Below, piece after piece: positions 1 to 11,338 of a DNA stretch of 58,905 nt. Source of the DNA: Chiloscyllium plagiosum. Its lineage: Eukaryota. Each line of letters opens with the position of its first letter. Position 1 is the first letter of the stretch. The notes under the pieces were generated by a model. The model saw only the letters and a list, made by a program, of their open reading frames with translations, made no database searches and was not told the origin of the DNA. The position numbers were made by a program, and so were the translations under genes. The stretch lies in NCBI RefSeq assembly GCF_004010195.1, contig NC_057719.1:89976705-90035609 (forward strand), read 5' to 3'.

Positions 1-106
1 GGAGGCGGTGGATGGGAGATCCCCTGAGGTGATGAGGTTATGGATGGTCTGGGAGATGATGGTTTGGTGGTGGGGGGTGGGGTCATGGTCAAGGGGGCAG
101 TAGGAG
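1..106 (-). mobile_element. Penelope-like element RT-ORF fragment (cut by window edge)
   Basis: Minus strand reads approximately SYCPLDHDPTPHHQTIISQTIHNLITSGDLPSTAS, resembling the pre-RT region of fish PLE ORFs. Confidence 0.6.
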
Positions 107-660
107 GGAGGTCATGCCTAACAAATTTCATTCAAACTTTGAGGTGATCAGATAAGAGCAATGCAGTTGATGTAGTTTATATGGATTTCAGAAAAGAGAT
201 TGACAAGGTCCCACATAAAGGAGGTAAAAGCACATGAGGTCCTGGGTAACATGGCAAGATGGATACAGATTGGGCTAATACCAGTAGGGTAGTAAAAGGC
301 TGCTTGTGTTGCTGGAGCCCAATGTCCAATCATGTACCATAGGGGTCAGTACTGGGTCTCTTATTGTTCATGATATATATATATATATAGTTAAATCATC
401 AATATATATGAATATAGGTGAGAATGCTGGTTGGTGGGGTGATGGTAAGTAAGTTTACAGATGACAAGAAGATTGGCCACATGGTGTTCACTGAAGAATA
501 ACTTGGGTTACAGGAAGACGAAGATGGGACCAGACAGATTAGATGTGGTGAGGATGTTTTTCCTGTGGGTGAGTCCAGACCAGACAGCATAATATCAGAA
601 TAATGTCAGAATGCTAATCTGAGACAGAGCTAAGGAATTTCTTCCACTAGGCCATCTTCT
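107..660 (+). mobile_element. Highly degraded CR1 LINE RT fragment
   Basis: Remnants of [29 protein letters not shown] and [10 protein letters not shown] motifs. Confidence 0.75.
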
Positions 661-1062
661 CCATTTCTTATCGATGGATTTGATAACCTGAGAGGTAAGA
701 TATAGAATCATAGAGTCATAGAGGTTGACAGCATGGAAACAGGCCCTTTGGCCCAACTTGTCCACGCCACCCAGTTAAACCAGTTCCACTTGCTTGCGTT
801 TGGTCCATATCACTCTATACCTATCCCATCCATGTACCTGTCCAAATGTTTCTTAAATGACAAAATTGTACTCGCCTCCACCCCTATCACTGGCAACCTG
901 TTCCAGGTGCTCACCACATTCTGGGTAAAAAAGTAATGCCCTATGGACCCTTTTGTATCTCTCTTTCTCACCTTAAACCCATGCCCTCTAGTTTTAGACT
1001 CCCCTGCCTTCGGGGAAAAGCTGTCAGCTGTTTACTTTATCTATGCCTCTCATGATTTTATA

Positions 1063-2259
1063 GGTAAACAAGCAGGAGGCTGGATAGAGACAGCAAGCCA
1101 GGCAGCATCAGGAGGTGGAGAAGTCAACATTCCGTGTGTAACCCTGCTTCAGGACTGGGGATGGGTGTAAGGGGAGCTGCAGATAAAGGGGGGAAGCAGG
1201 GAGGGTTTTGGGTGAGGAGAGGGGCAGAGTGGTGAGGTAGTGATAGGTGAACACAGGTAGAGGGTACAACCTGATTGGTTAATGGGAGGAATGAATCCAG
1301 TTGGTAGTTGGAAGAAAGGGTCAGTCAGAGGCATGGAAGGGAGGGAGAGGGGCAGGAAAGTGGGCCAGAGGATGAAAAGGGAGGCTATTTGAAATTGGAG
1401 AATGTTGAGTTCTCCGGGCTGTAGGATGCCCAGGTGGAAGATGAGGTGTTGTTCCTCCAATTTGCAGTCTGATTCATTGGGGCAAGGAGGAGGCTGAGGT
1501 TGGTCATGTTGGAAAGGGAGTGGGAGGGGGAATTAAAATGGGCAGTGACTGGGAGGGGTCAGGTCGGCCCCTATGGACCCAGCTGAGATACTCGGTGAAA
1601 CGTGCCCTGCATTTACGTTTGGTCTCATCTGAGGGAGGCAGAGAGCTTCTTTAAAGTGGTCATCCTTTGCAGAGATTTCACAGTGGGACAAAGAAAAAAC
1701 CGCAGGTGCTTGAATTCAAAGTAGGCTAGCAGAAGGCTGGAAGAACACAGCAACACTTCCTCACCATCACACCCTTTATCTGCAGTTCTCCTCATACCTA
1801 CTCCCAGTCCTGAAGAAGGTTTATACCTGAAACGTTGACTTCTCTGCCGCCCGGGCAGCTTACAGCCCGGAGGACTCAACATTGAGTTCTCCAATTTCAA
1901 ACAGCCTCCCTTCCCATCCCCTGACTCCCTTTCCAGCCCCAGCCCCTCCCTCTCATTCCACTTACTGACCCTTTCCTTCCAGTTACCAACTGGATTCATT
2001 CCTCCCAATGAACAACCAGGTCATCCCTCTACTTGTGCTAACCCATGCTTACTTCACCACTCCACTCCTCTCCTCATCCAAAATCCTCCTCCAACTCCCC
2101 CCCTTTATCTTCAGCTCCCCTTACATCAACCCCCAGTCCTAAGGAAGGGTTACACCTGAAACGTTGACTTCTCCACCTCCTGATGCTGCCTGACTTGCTG
2201 TGTTCTACCAGCATCCCGCTTGTCTCCCTTAAATTCCAGCATCTGCAGTGTTTTTTTTG
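1063..2259. mobile_element. Penelope-like element with inverted ends
   Basis: 15-bp TSD TCTCATGATTTTATA at 1048-1062 and 2260-2274; EEQHLIFHLGILQPGELNI (PLE GIY-YIG C-terminus) on minus; ~1065-1460 is the reverse complement of ~1850-2225. Confidence 0.85.
1806..1840 (+). ncRNA. Minimal hammerhead ribozyme motif (PLE type)
   Basis: AGTC-CTGAAGA-AGGT(TTAT)ACCT-GAAA-CGTT-GACT: intact core, paired stems I and II. Confidence 0.75.
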
Positions 2260-2423
2260 TCTCATGATTTTATAAACCTCTATAAGGTCACCCCTCAGTC
2301 TCCTATGCTCCAAGTTAAAAGTCCCAGCCTATTCAGCCTTTCCTTATAACTCAAACCATCTAGCCCACATAGTATCCTTGTAAATCCTTTCTGCACTCTA
2401 TCTAGTTTAATGATATACTTTCT

Positions 2424-2605
2424 GAGATAAAGTGAGGGCTGCAGATGCTGGAGATCAGAGCTGAAAATGTGTTGCTGGAAAAGCGCAGCAGGTCAGGCAG
2501 CATCCAAGGAACAGGAGGAAGAAGGGCTTATGCCCGAAGCGTCGATTCTCCTGTTCCTTGGATGCTGCCTGACCTGCTGCGCTTTTCCAGCAGCACATTT
2601 TCAGC
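2424..2605. mobile_element. Short palindromic non-autonomous PLE derivative
   Basis: 16-bp TSD TAATGATATACTTTCT (2408-2423, 2606-2621); inverted arms. Confidence 0.9.
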
Positions 2606-3045
2606 TAATGATATACTTTCTACAGTAGGTTGACCAGAACAGCATGCAATACTCCAAATATGGCCTCACCAATGTCTTCTACATCTGCATCAAGACATCC
2701 CAACTTTAATACTCAATGCTCTGACCAATGAAAGTGAACAAAATCCTTGGTCATCACCCTGTCTACCTGTGACTCCACTTTCAAGGAGTTACAAATCTAT
2801 GTACCTCTAGATCTCATTGTTCTTTAACCTCCCCAGGGCCCTACCGTTGGTTGTCTAAGTCCTGCCCTGGTTTGATCTACCTTGCATTTATCTAAATTAA
2901 ACTCCATCTGCCACTCCTCAGCCCACTGGCCCAGTTGATCAAGATTTCATTGTATTTCCAGTTAACATTCTTCACTGTTCACTATACTATCGAACTTGGT
3001 GTCATCTGCAAACATACTAACCATTCCTCCTAGATTCTCATTTAA

Positions 3046-3375
3046 ATAGATTCCTATAATATGGAAACAAGCCCTTCGGCACAAGTCCACACCGACCTGC
3101 CAAAGAATAACCCACCCAGACCCATTCCCCTACATTTACCTCTGACTAATGTATCTATAACCTACATATCCCTGAACACAATGGGTAATTTAGCCTGGCC
3201 AATTCACCTAACCTGCACATCTTTGGATTCTGGGAGGAAACTGGAGCACCTGGAGGCGACCCACTGACACAGGGAGAATGTGCAAACTTCACATGGACAG
3301 TCGCTCGAGGCTGGAATCAAACTTTGGCCCGTGGTGCTGTGAGGCAGCAGTGCTAGCCACTGAGCCACCGTGCTG
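3046..3375 (-). mobile_element. HE1-type V-SINE
   Basis: tRNA-like head (GCACGGTGGCTCAGTGG), V-core GTTTGCACATTCTCCC, CR1-like tail. Confidence 0.9.
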
Positions 3376-4064
3376 TCCTTACAAATATCAGTGGACCCAA
3401 CACTGATCTCTGTGGCACACTGCAGGTCACAGGCCTCCAGTTTGAAAACAATCCTCTCCAACCACCCTCTGTCTCCCACCTTCAGGCCAATTTTGTATCG
3501 AAATGGCTAGCTCCCCTGAATCCTGTGAGATTTAAATTTACTTAGCAACCTGTCTTGCAGTACCTTGTCAAAGACCTTGCTGAAGTCATTAAGACAGTGA
3601 AATTAACACAATTATCCAGAGGACAATAATTAAATGCACTATCAAATTAAATAGAGGTTAAAACACTATTCAAAGCAGTTTTAATCACAGACACTTTTCT
3701 CAGACCTCCTGCCTTTGCAGTCCCTGTACTGTCACCACCCACCTTCCCCTCCCTGCTAGTGTGGAAAATAAAGAACATAAAAGCATGGGAGGGGTTAAAG
3801 CATGAAGCCCACTGGGAATCTGTGGTCTGTGGAAGGCAGGATGGGATAACCATAGTGGAACATTCTTACACCAATTAGCAGAGTAAGGTTAAGGCTGAAA
3901 GGTCACTATTGCGAGATGAGATAACACAAATAATAAAGCAAATTTCTCTGTTAAGTGTTTTTATGACAGGATTGGGACAATAAATATTTGGGACATGACA
4001 CTAAAATATCTAATTAATAGTTAGTAGAGTCAGCTTGAGACAAGAGACTATTGTAACAGATGGA

Positions 4065-4290
4065 GGAGAAAGTGAGGACTGCAGATGCTGGAGATCAGAG
4101 CTGAAAATGTGTTGCTGGAAAAGCGCAGCAGGTCAGGCAGCATCCAAGGAACAGGAGAATCGACGTTTCGGACATAAGCCCTTCTTCAGGAATGATGATT
4201 CCTGAAGAAGGGCTTATGCCCGAAACGTCGATTCTCCTGTTCCTTGGATGCTGCATGACCTGCTGCGCTTTTCCAGCAACACATTTTCAG
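4065..4290. mobile_element. Short palindromic non-autonomous PLE derivative with two opposed hammerhead motifs
   Basis: Perfect 17-bp TSD CTATTGTAACAGATGGA (4048-4064, 4291-4307); ~95-bp near-perfect inverted arms. Confidence 0.92.
4197..4233 (+). ncRNA. Minimal hammerhead ribozyme motif
   Basis: CTGAAGA-A-GGGC(TTAT)GCCC-GAAA-CGTC; mirrored copy on minus strand ~4160-4192. Confidence 0.7.
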
Positions 4291-5004
4291 CTATTGTAAC
4301 AGATGGAATAGCTAAATATCTATCATGACAGGTTAGTCTGGAATTAAAGATCACTGTAGCACAGTTAGCAATAAATATCTAACCATGACATTAGAATAAC
4401 ATTAAGTAGAATGTACAACTAAAGAGATAATGGGAACTAACATCACTGGCTTATTGTGTAGCTAGAGTGAGGGACTTTGATTAATATAGTTGGATATGCT
4501 GATAAAAAAAGATATAAAAATCCATGGACCCTGAGGTTCGGGGGCATTCAAGAATCTGCTTTCTCAGTGTCACGGTTTTTTGTTTGCAAATAAAATACCT
4601 ACTTCTTGAAGAACTCTCTGCATCTCCTGGTGATTCTCTATATTTTCTCCACAACACTAGCTAGGTTGGAGACTTTGGAGTCTCAGAAGTTTCAGCTCAC
4701 CACTGGTGAAAACATAGTTTTAAATGCATCCAGTTGCTGAGGTTCTTGCCATTGGGCTTGGAACAGGCCTGTCTGGAAGCTCTTGTTTGGTTGGTTGGCA
4801 CTTGGTTGGCATTCTTCCTCTTGGCTGTCCCTTGTTGCAATGATGGCCTTTGTTCGGCTTCCTGGTTCAGCTCCTCAGTTCAGCCACTGTGGTTCTTGGT
4901 TCCAAAGCTCCTTGTCGGCGCTGGAAGCCTGGGGGGGAAAGCTGTTTCTACAGGAGCTTGCTATCGGAAAAAAAGGATCTCTCTCCCCCAGCTTACGGCT
5001 AGCA

Positions 5005-5075
5005 GTTATATGTAAGCATGTAAGAACCAGGAGCAGGAGTAGGCCATCTGGCCCTTTGAGCCTGCTCCACCATTC
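5005..5075 (-). mobile_element. CR1 3' terminal tail
   Basis: Reverse complement reads GAATGGTGGAGCAGGCTCAAAGGGCCAGATGGCCTACTCCTGCTCC plus short repeats; similar to the tail at ~30655-30720. Confidence 0.75.
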
Positions 5076-5810
5076 ACGTGGCTCTGGCAGGAATCTGGAG
5101 ATTCTCACCCTTGAGGACCTGTTTCTTAATTTCGTTCCTAGTGATTGATAATCCTCCTTCCTAGCCTTGCCTATGTTGCTAGTCCCAACGGAGACCACAA
5201 CAACTGGATTCTCTCCTTCCCACCCCAATATCCTTTCAAGTCGGTCGGAGATGTCCTGCACCCTGGCACCAGGCAGGCAACACACCATGCAGGACTCCTG
5301 ATCCAGCTTGCATATGATACTATCTGTCCCCCTAATTATAGAATCTCCTATTACTATCACTTGTCTTTTTGCTCCCCCTCTCTTGAATGGCTTCCTGCAC
5401 CATGGTGCAGAGGTGAGCTGGCTCATCGTCCCACAGCCCTTTTCCTCATCCACACTGGGAGCAAGAATCACATACCTAATAGATAAGGTCAAAAGCTGAG
5501 GCTCCTCTACTCCTGAACTCAGTATCCCCCTACCTGCCTCACTTCCAATCACACCCTGTTGTCCCTGATCACTGACTGAATTTGAATGACTTAACCTACC
5601 AGGTGTGTCTGCCTCCTGAAACAAAGCGTCCAGGTAACTCTCCCCCTCCCGGATGTGCCGCAGAGTTTGAAGCTCAGATTCCAGATCGTCAACTCTGAGC
5701 CGGAGTTCTTCCAGCAACCAACACTTGCTGCAGATGTGGTCACTGCCGTTCACAATGGGATCAGCCAGCTCCCACATCACACAGCTACAGCACATCAACT
5801 GCCCAGCCAT
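5076..5810 (-). pseudogene. CR1 ORF1 (Cys zinc finger / leucine zipper + SGNH esterase), C-terminally truncated
   Basis: CxxC...CxxC, LEELRLRVDDLESELQTL zipper, VIGDSIIRG, CCLPGARVQD, VGTSNI esterase blocks. Confidence 0.85.
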
Positions 5811-6214
5811 ATTTACTTAGGTAATTTATACATTTCTATCTTCTCTCAAATCTGTGCTGCCATTGTGTTTCTGGTGTTCCCTTTGAGGTCAGTCAGTTTC
5901 CTGACAGTTAAGAGTAGGTGTGAATGTATTTTGATTAAGTGCGATGTCCAGTATCTCTATGCATGAATATTGATTGATGTTAATCTGTGAAGGCCCCATT
6001 CAGTCTGTGTTGGATGGGGTTTAGTCCTAATTGATTGTTCTTTTGGAGAGAATGTGTGAATTGGATTTTCAGACAGAACAATGGTTCCAATGTGTCTGTG
6101 TCATTTTCCCAGTTGCCTGCTTTGTTCTTTTTTTAAAAAAAGTTACTTGAAAAGTCCAGGATTTTAATCCAGTATTTCAGAATATGAGGATTTTTGCTCA
6201 ATCCGACATATACT

Positions 6215-6460
6215 CCTGTGAAAAAAAAGGTCTCAGCCTATCCAGCCTCTCCGAGAACTCAAACCCTCCATTCCCAGCAATATCCTGGCAAATATTTTGT
6301 GAACGTTCTCCAGCTTCATAATATCATTCCTAAAACTACCCAGGGCACTGCTTTTAATTGGATAAATCCTGTCCTTGTTTGTTTTACCAAAATGCAATAC
6401 CTCGCATTTATCCAAATAAAACTCCACCTGCCACTCCTCAGTCCATTGATCCACTCTCTT
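6215..6460 (-). mobile_element. Deleted CR1 RT fragment
   Basis: EWQVEFYLDKCEVLHFGK motif. Confidence 0.8.
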
Positions 6461-6529
6461 CAAGAACAATTTGTCAAGGGCCACTCCCCTCATTCAGCCT
6501 AGAGAGTGTTAAATCAGTGGCTCGACGAA

Positions 6530-7245
6530 CATAGAACATAGAACAATACAGCACAGAACAGGCCCTTCGGCCCACGATGTTGTGCCGAACATTTGTCCTA
6601 GCTTAAGCACCCATCCATGTACCTATCCAATTGCCGCTTAAAGGTCGCCAATGATTCTGACTCTGCCACTCCCACAGGCAGCGCATTCCATGCCCCCACC
6701 ACTCTCTGGGTAAAGAACCTACCCCTGACATCTCCCCTATACCTTCCACCCTTCACCTTAAATTTATGTCCCCTTGTACCCCTCTGTTGTACCCGGGGAA
6801 AACGTTTCTGACTGTCTACTCTATCTATTCCTCTGATCACCTTATAAACCTCTAAGGGTGTCCCTTTTGGAAGGACAAATAAGAATGCGGAATACAGGGT
6901 TAATGGTAGCCTTCTTACAAGCTCTATCCGCCTGAGTGGCAACTTTCAAAGATCTATGAACATAGACCCCAAGATCCCTCTTCTCCTCCACGTTACTAAG
7001 AACCCTACCGTTAACCCTGCATTCCGCATTCTTATTTGTTCTTCCAAAATGGACTACCTCACACTTGACAGGGTTGAACTCCATCTGCCACTCCTCAGCC
7101 CAGCTCTGCATCATATCTAAGTCCCTTTGCAGCCGACAACAGCCCTCCTCACTATCCACAACTCCACCAATCTTCGTATCGTCTGCAAATTTACTGACCC
7201 ACCCTTCGACTCCCTCATCCAAGTCATTAATAAAAATTACAAACA
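6530..7245 (-). mobile_element. 5'-truncated CR1 with internal deletion and small inverted insert
   Basis: (CATAGAA)n tail; [43 protein letters not shown] at both flanks. Confidence 0.9.
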
Positions 7246-7915
7246 GACGAAGTCTTACTCTGTATCTAACTTCTGGTCCAGCTGTTCTGTAAGAGATGAG
7301 GTAGTATAGATTGAGTATTACGCTAGTGGAACCTTCCCACCCATGAATGACATTAGCATCGCCGAGTCATTTGGGAAAATATATCAAGATTTTTGATGTG
7401 ACTCTCCCACCAAGTGTTGAATGACGAGATGGGAATCTCGCTAGTAAGTGGCAAATGGCCTATTTGCATCTACTTGTTTGGATCCTTAATCCCGGTTCAT
7501 TGATATGCAGCTGCCTATTCTCCCACCTATCAGATAGAAACTAGACAGCAGCAATTCACACCATGGAAGTATTATGGGGTAACCAGTGACTCCTGCTCTC
7601 TGCTTGATGGTGATGACTGCTGGCCAAGATGGCCGCCATGTTGGACAGCAGTCACCACCATCTCAGCAAACTGGAACTCAAAAAGGACATGGACAAGTTG
7701 GTGAGTGGGCAGTGGGCAGGTGAGGTTCAATACAGAGAATTGTCAGATGACGCACGTTGGGCAGAAGAACATTGAATGGCAAAATAAAATAGGGGGTACA
7801 AGGAAGGGCAGGAGCAGAGGGACCCCCGGGGGGGGGGGGGTGTGCATAGATCATTGAAGGTGTCAGGGCAGGTGGAGAGAGCAGTTATTAAAGCAGACAT
7901 TGCTCTTGACTTTAT

Positions 7916-8177
7916 GGGCGGCACGGTGGCACAGTGGTTAGCACTGCTGCCTCACAGCGCAGGGACCCGGGTTCAATTCCCGCCTCAGGCGACTGACTGT
8001 GTGGAGTTTGCACGTTCACCCCGTGTCTGCGTGGGTTTCGTTCCGGGTGCTCCAGTTTCAAATTGCCCGTAGTGTTAGGTAAGGGGTAAATGTAGGGATA
8101 TGGGTGGGTTTCGCTTCGGCGGGTAGGTGTGGACTTGTTGGGCCGAAGGGCCTGTTTCCACACTGTAATCTAATCTT
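7916..8177 (+). mobile_element. HE1 V-SINE (internal deletion)
   Basis: A-box TGGCACAGTGG, B-box GGTTCAATTCC, V-core, (TAATC)n tail. Confidence 0.92.
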
Positions 8178-8248
8178 TATTAATATGGGCATTGAGTAGA
8201 AGAGGAAGGAAGATATGCTGAACTTGTACAAGACACTTGTTAGATCTC

Positions 8249-8437
8249 TGAGGAGAAAGTGACGTCTGCAGATGCTGGAGATCAGAGCTGGAAATGTGTT
8301 GCTGGAAAAGCGCAGCAGGTCAGGCAGCATCCAGGGAACAGGAGAATCCTGAAGAAGGGCTTATGCCCGAAACGTCGATTCTCCTGTTCCCTGGATGCTG
8401 CCTGACCTGCTGCGCTTTTCCAGCAACACATTTCCAG
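8249..8437. mobile_element. Short palindromic PLE derivative with hammerhead motif (8345-8380)
   Basis: 15-bp TSD CACTTGTTAGATCTC (8234-8248, 8438-8452). Confidence 0.9.
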
Positions 8438-8567
8438 CACTTGTTAGATCTCAGCTAGGGGAGGTAATAGAACCGATACAGGCACATGAGACCAAATGGT
8501 CTCCTCCTTTGCCATGATAATTCTGTTAATCTTCAACATCTCCTCCATATGAAGGGATTGCAATTAA

Positions 8568-9830
8568 CAAAGAACAAAGAAAATTAACAGCCAGGAACAG
8601 GCCCTTCAACCCTCCAAGTCTGAGCTGATTATAATCCACTGTCTAAACCTGTCGCCCAATTCCTAAGCATCTGTATCCCTCTGCTCCCTACCTACTCATG
8701 CATCTGTCCAGACACATCTTAAATGAATCTACTGTGCCTGCCTCTACTACCTCTGCTGGCAACGCATTCCAGGCACCTACCACTCTCTGTGTGAAGTACT
8801 TGCCGCGTGTATCCCCCTTAAACTTTTCACCTCTCACTTTGAAAGCATGACCTCTCGTTATTGAATCCTTCACCCTGTCTATACCCTTCATGATCTTGTA
8901 AACCTCAATCAGGTCCCCCCTCAATCTCCTTTTTTCTAATGAAGACCTATTCAACCTCTCTTCATAGCTAGCACCCTCCATACTAGGCAACATCCTCGTA
9001 AACCTTCACTGCACCCTCTCCACAGTGTCCACATTATTTTGGTAATGTGGTGACCAGAGCTGTACACAGTATTCTAAATGTGGCCGAACCAATGTCTTGT
9101 ACAATTTTAACATGACTTGCTAGCTCTTATACTCAATACCCCGTCCAATGAAGGCAAGCATATGTCTTCTTGACCACTCTATCCACCTGTGCAGCAACCT
9201 TCAGGATACAATGGACCTGCACTCCCAGATCTCTCTGCTCATCAACCTTTCCCAATGCTCTTCTGTTTACTGTATAATTCGCTCTAGAATTAGACTTTCC
9301 AAAATGCATCACCTCACATTTGCCTGGATTGAACTCCATCTGCCTGTTCTCCACCCAACTCTCCAGTCTATCTATAGTCTCCTGTATTCTTTGACAGTCC
9401 CCTATGCTTTCTATTACCACACCAATCTTCGTGTCATCTGCAAACTTGCTGATCATACCATCAGTGTCCTCTTCCAGATTATTTATATATATCACAAACA
9501 ACAGTTGCTCCAGCACTGACCCCTGTGGAACACTATTGATCACCTTTCTCTATTTCGAGAAACTTCCTTCAACTATTGCTCTCTGTCTCCTGTTGCTCAA
9601 CCAGTTCTTTATCCACCTAGCTAGAACACCCTGCACACCATGTGATTTCACTCTCTATTAGTTTACCATGGGGAACCATATCAAACGCCTTACTAAAGTC
9701 CATGTATATGACATCAACAGCCCTTCCCTCATCAATCAACTTGGTCACTTCCTCAAAGAACTCTATTAAGTTGGCAAGGCACGATCTCCCCCGCACAGAA
9801 CCTTGTTGCCTATCACTAATAAGCCAATTG
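8568..9830 (-). mobile_element. 5'-truncated CR1 LINE
   Basis: RT motifs [46 protein letters not shown] tail. Confidence 0.92.
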
Positions 9831-9869
9831 AAAGTGCCAATTGAAAGCCATTGATCAATACAATTGAAA

Positions 9870-10485
9870 GTGCCCTCAGGCTGTGCAGGATGTACAGGAG
9901 GTCCTTGAAGCCATCTCCTCCAGGTCAAGTGTGACTGTGGGCTGTCACTGAACTCTGGGTGGCTGGATGGCCATCCTATCCCGGTAGCCACCAAGATGAC
10001 AGCTGGTCAAATGTTATATGTAACTGGCTACTTCCAAGAATCCACTGTGAGGACCTCCAAAGGCTGTTTGTGTCAGATCATTCAATTTATCTTATTATCC
10101 CAATGCTGCTGCCTTGGCAGTAGGACTTAGCACCATCACTGGCATCTCCTCCCCATCTCCTCACCATCCCCATCAAAGGAGAACACGTATCACCACATCA
10201 CATTGAGAACACTGTCTCCGATCATGTGTAATTTCATCAGCAGGAAAGGATTCCTTTTTATTAATGTACAAATTACTTGTTCAATACCATGTCTTACTCT
10301 AGGTCAGGTATACTAGCAGCTGCCATGATGCCTATATCTTTTGAGAACTCTCACATTCCTGTTTTGTTTCAAGAGCTGGATGCCTTACGAGGATGGCTAC
10401 TGGGAAATGAGGTCTACCCTCTGAGAGCATGGCTGATAACTCAATACACAACCCACTGACTGAGGCTGAGCATGCATACAATATA
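9870..10485 (+). pseudogene. PIF/Harbinger transposase relic (HARBI1-like)
   Basis: GHPIPVATKMTA..YVTGYFQ, RKGF..INVQI, HDAYI, GWLLGNEVYPLRAWLIT and LTEAEHAYN in broken frames. Confidence 0.75.
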
Positions 10486-10635
10486 TGGAACAATAGGATC
10501 TGTTTGGTCTAGTGTGGTAGAGTAGGAAAATTGCATTGTTTTTCATTTGTGGACTGTGGGTATCGCGAGCTGGACCAACACTTATTGCCCATCCTTCGTT
10601 GCCCTTAAGAAGGTAGTGATGAGCTTCCTTCTTGA

Positions 10636-11140
10636 ACTGTTTTCCCTGGAGTGTCGGAGACTGAGGGGTGACCTTATAGAGGTTTACAAAATTATGAGGG
10701 ACATTCCTTCGTTGCCCTTAAGAAGGTAGTGATGAGCTTCCTTCTTGAACTGTTTTCCCTGGAGCGTCAGAGACTGAGGGGTGACCTTATAGAGGTTTAC
10801 AAAATTATGAGGGACACGGATAAGATAAATAGACAAAGTCTTTTCCCTGGGGTCAGGGAGTCCAGAACTAGAGGGGGGAAAGATATAAAAGAGACCTAAG
10901 GGGCAGCTTTTTCACACAGAGGGTAGTATGTGTATGGAATGAGCTGTCAGAGGAAGTGGTGGAGGCTAGTACAATTGCAACATTTAAAAGGCATCCACAT
11001 GGGTATATGAATAGGAAGGGTTTGGAGGGACATGGGCCGGGTGCTGGCAGGTGGGACTAGATTGGGTTGGGATATCTGGTCAGCATGGACGGGTTGGACT
11101 AAAGGGTCTGTTTCCATGCTGTACATCTCTATGACTCTAT
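10636..11140 (+). mobile_element. CR1 3' end with tandem duplication at its 5' junction
   Basis: LFSLECRRLRGDLIEVYKIMR; tail CTCTATGACTCTATG. Confidence 0.9.
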
Positions 11141-11338
11141 GTTGCAGTCCAAGTGCTCTAGGTAGACCCACAATGCCCTTCAGGAGGGAATTCCAGGATT
11201 TTGATCCAGTGACACTGCAGGAACAGGGGTGATATATTTTCAACTCAGGATGATGAGTGGCTTGGACGGAACCTGCTGTCATAAACTGTTGCCAATGTCC
11301 TTCTAGATGTAAGTGATTCTGGGTTTGGAAGGGGTTGT

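Larger units (their letters stand above)
702..3600 (-). mobile_element. CR1 (HER1-like) LINE 3' part, interrupted by PLEs (1063-2259, 2424-2605) and an HE1 SINE
   Basis: (CATAGAGT)n-type tail at 702-722; RT C-terminal sequence (RLRGDLIEVYKIM) resumes after each insertion. Confidence 0.85.
3907..4656 (+). mobile_element. Putative solo LTR, interrupted by palindromic PLE derivative
   Basis: TATAAAAA ~4513, AATAAA ~4589, ends CCACAACA; left end TATTGCGAGA is an imperfect inverted match. Confidence 0.35.
7680..8530 (+). mobile_element. Degraded CR1 fragment hosting an HE1 SINE and a palindromic PLE derivative
   Basis: VHRSLKVSGQVERAV and MLNLYKTLVR remnants. Confidence 0.65.

Noticed and set aside
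4065..4290. miRNA precursor or rho-independent terminator
   Set aside because: Hairpin is explained by a multi-copy TSD-flanked element; no expression data available
4875..5810. 311-aa ORF as a host esterase gene
   Set aside because: It is CR1 ORF1 running into a LINE tail, with an apparent frameshifted segment
7916..7990. tRNA genes
   Set aside because: A/B boxes belong to HE1 SINE heads followed by V-core and LINE tail
9870..10485. Domesticated HARBI1 gene
   Set aside because: Multiple frameshifts, deletions and degraded catalytic motifs
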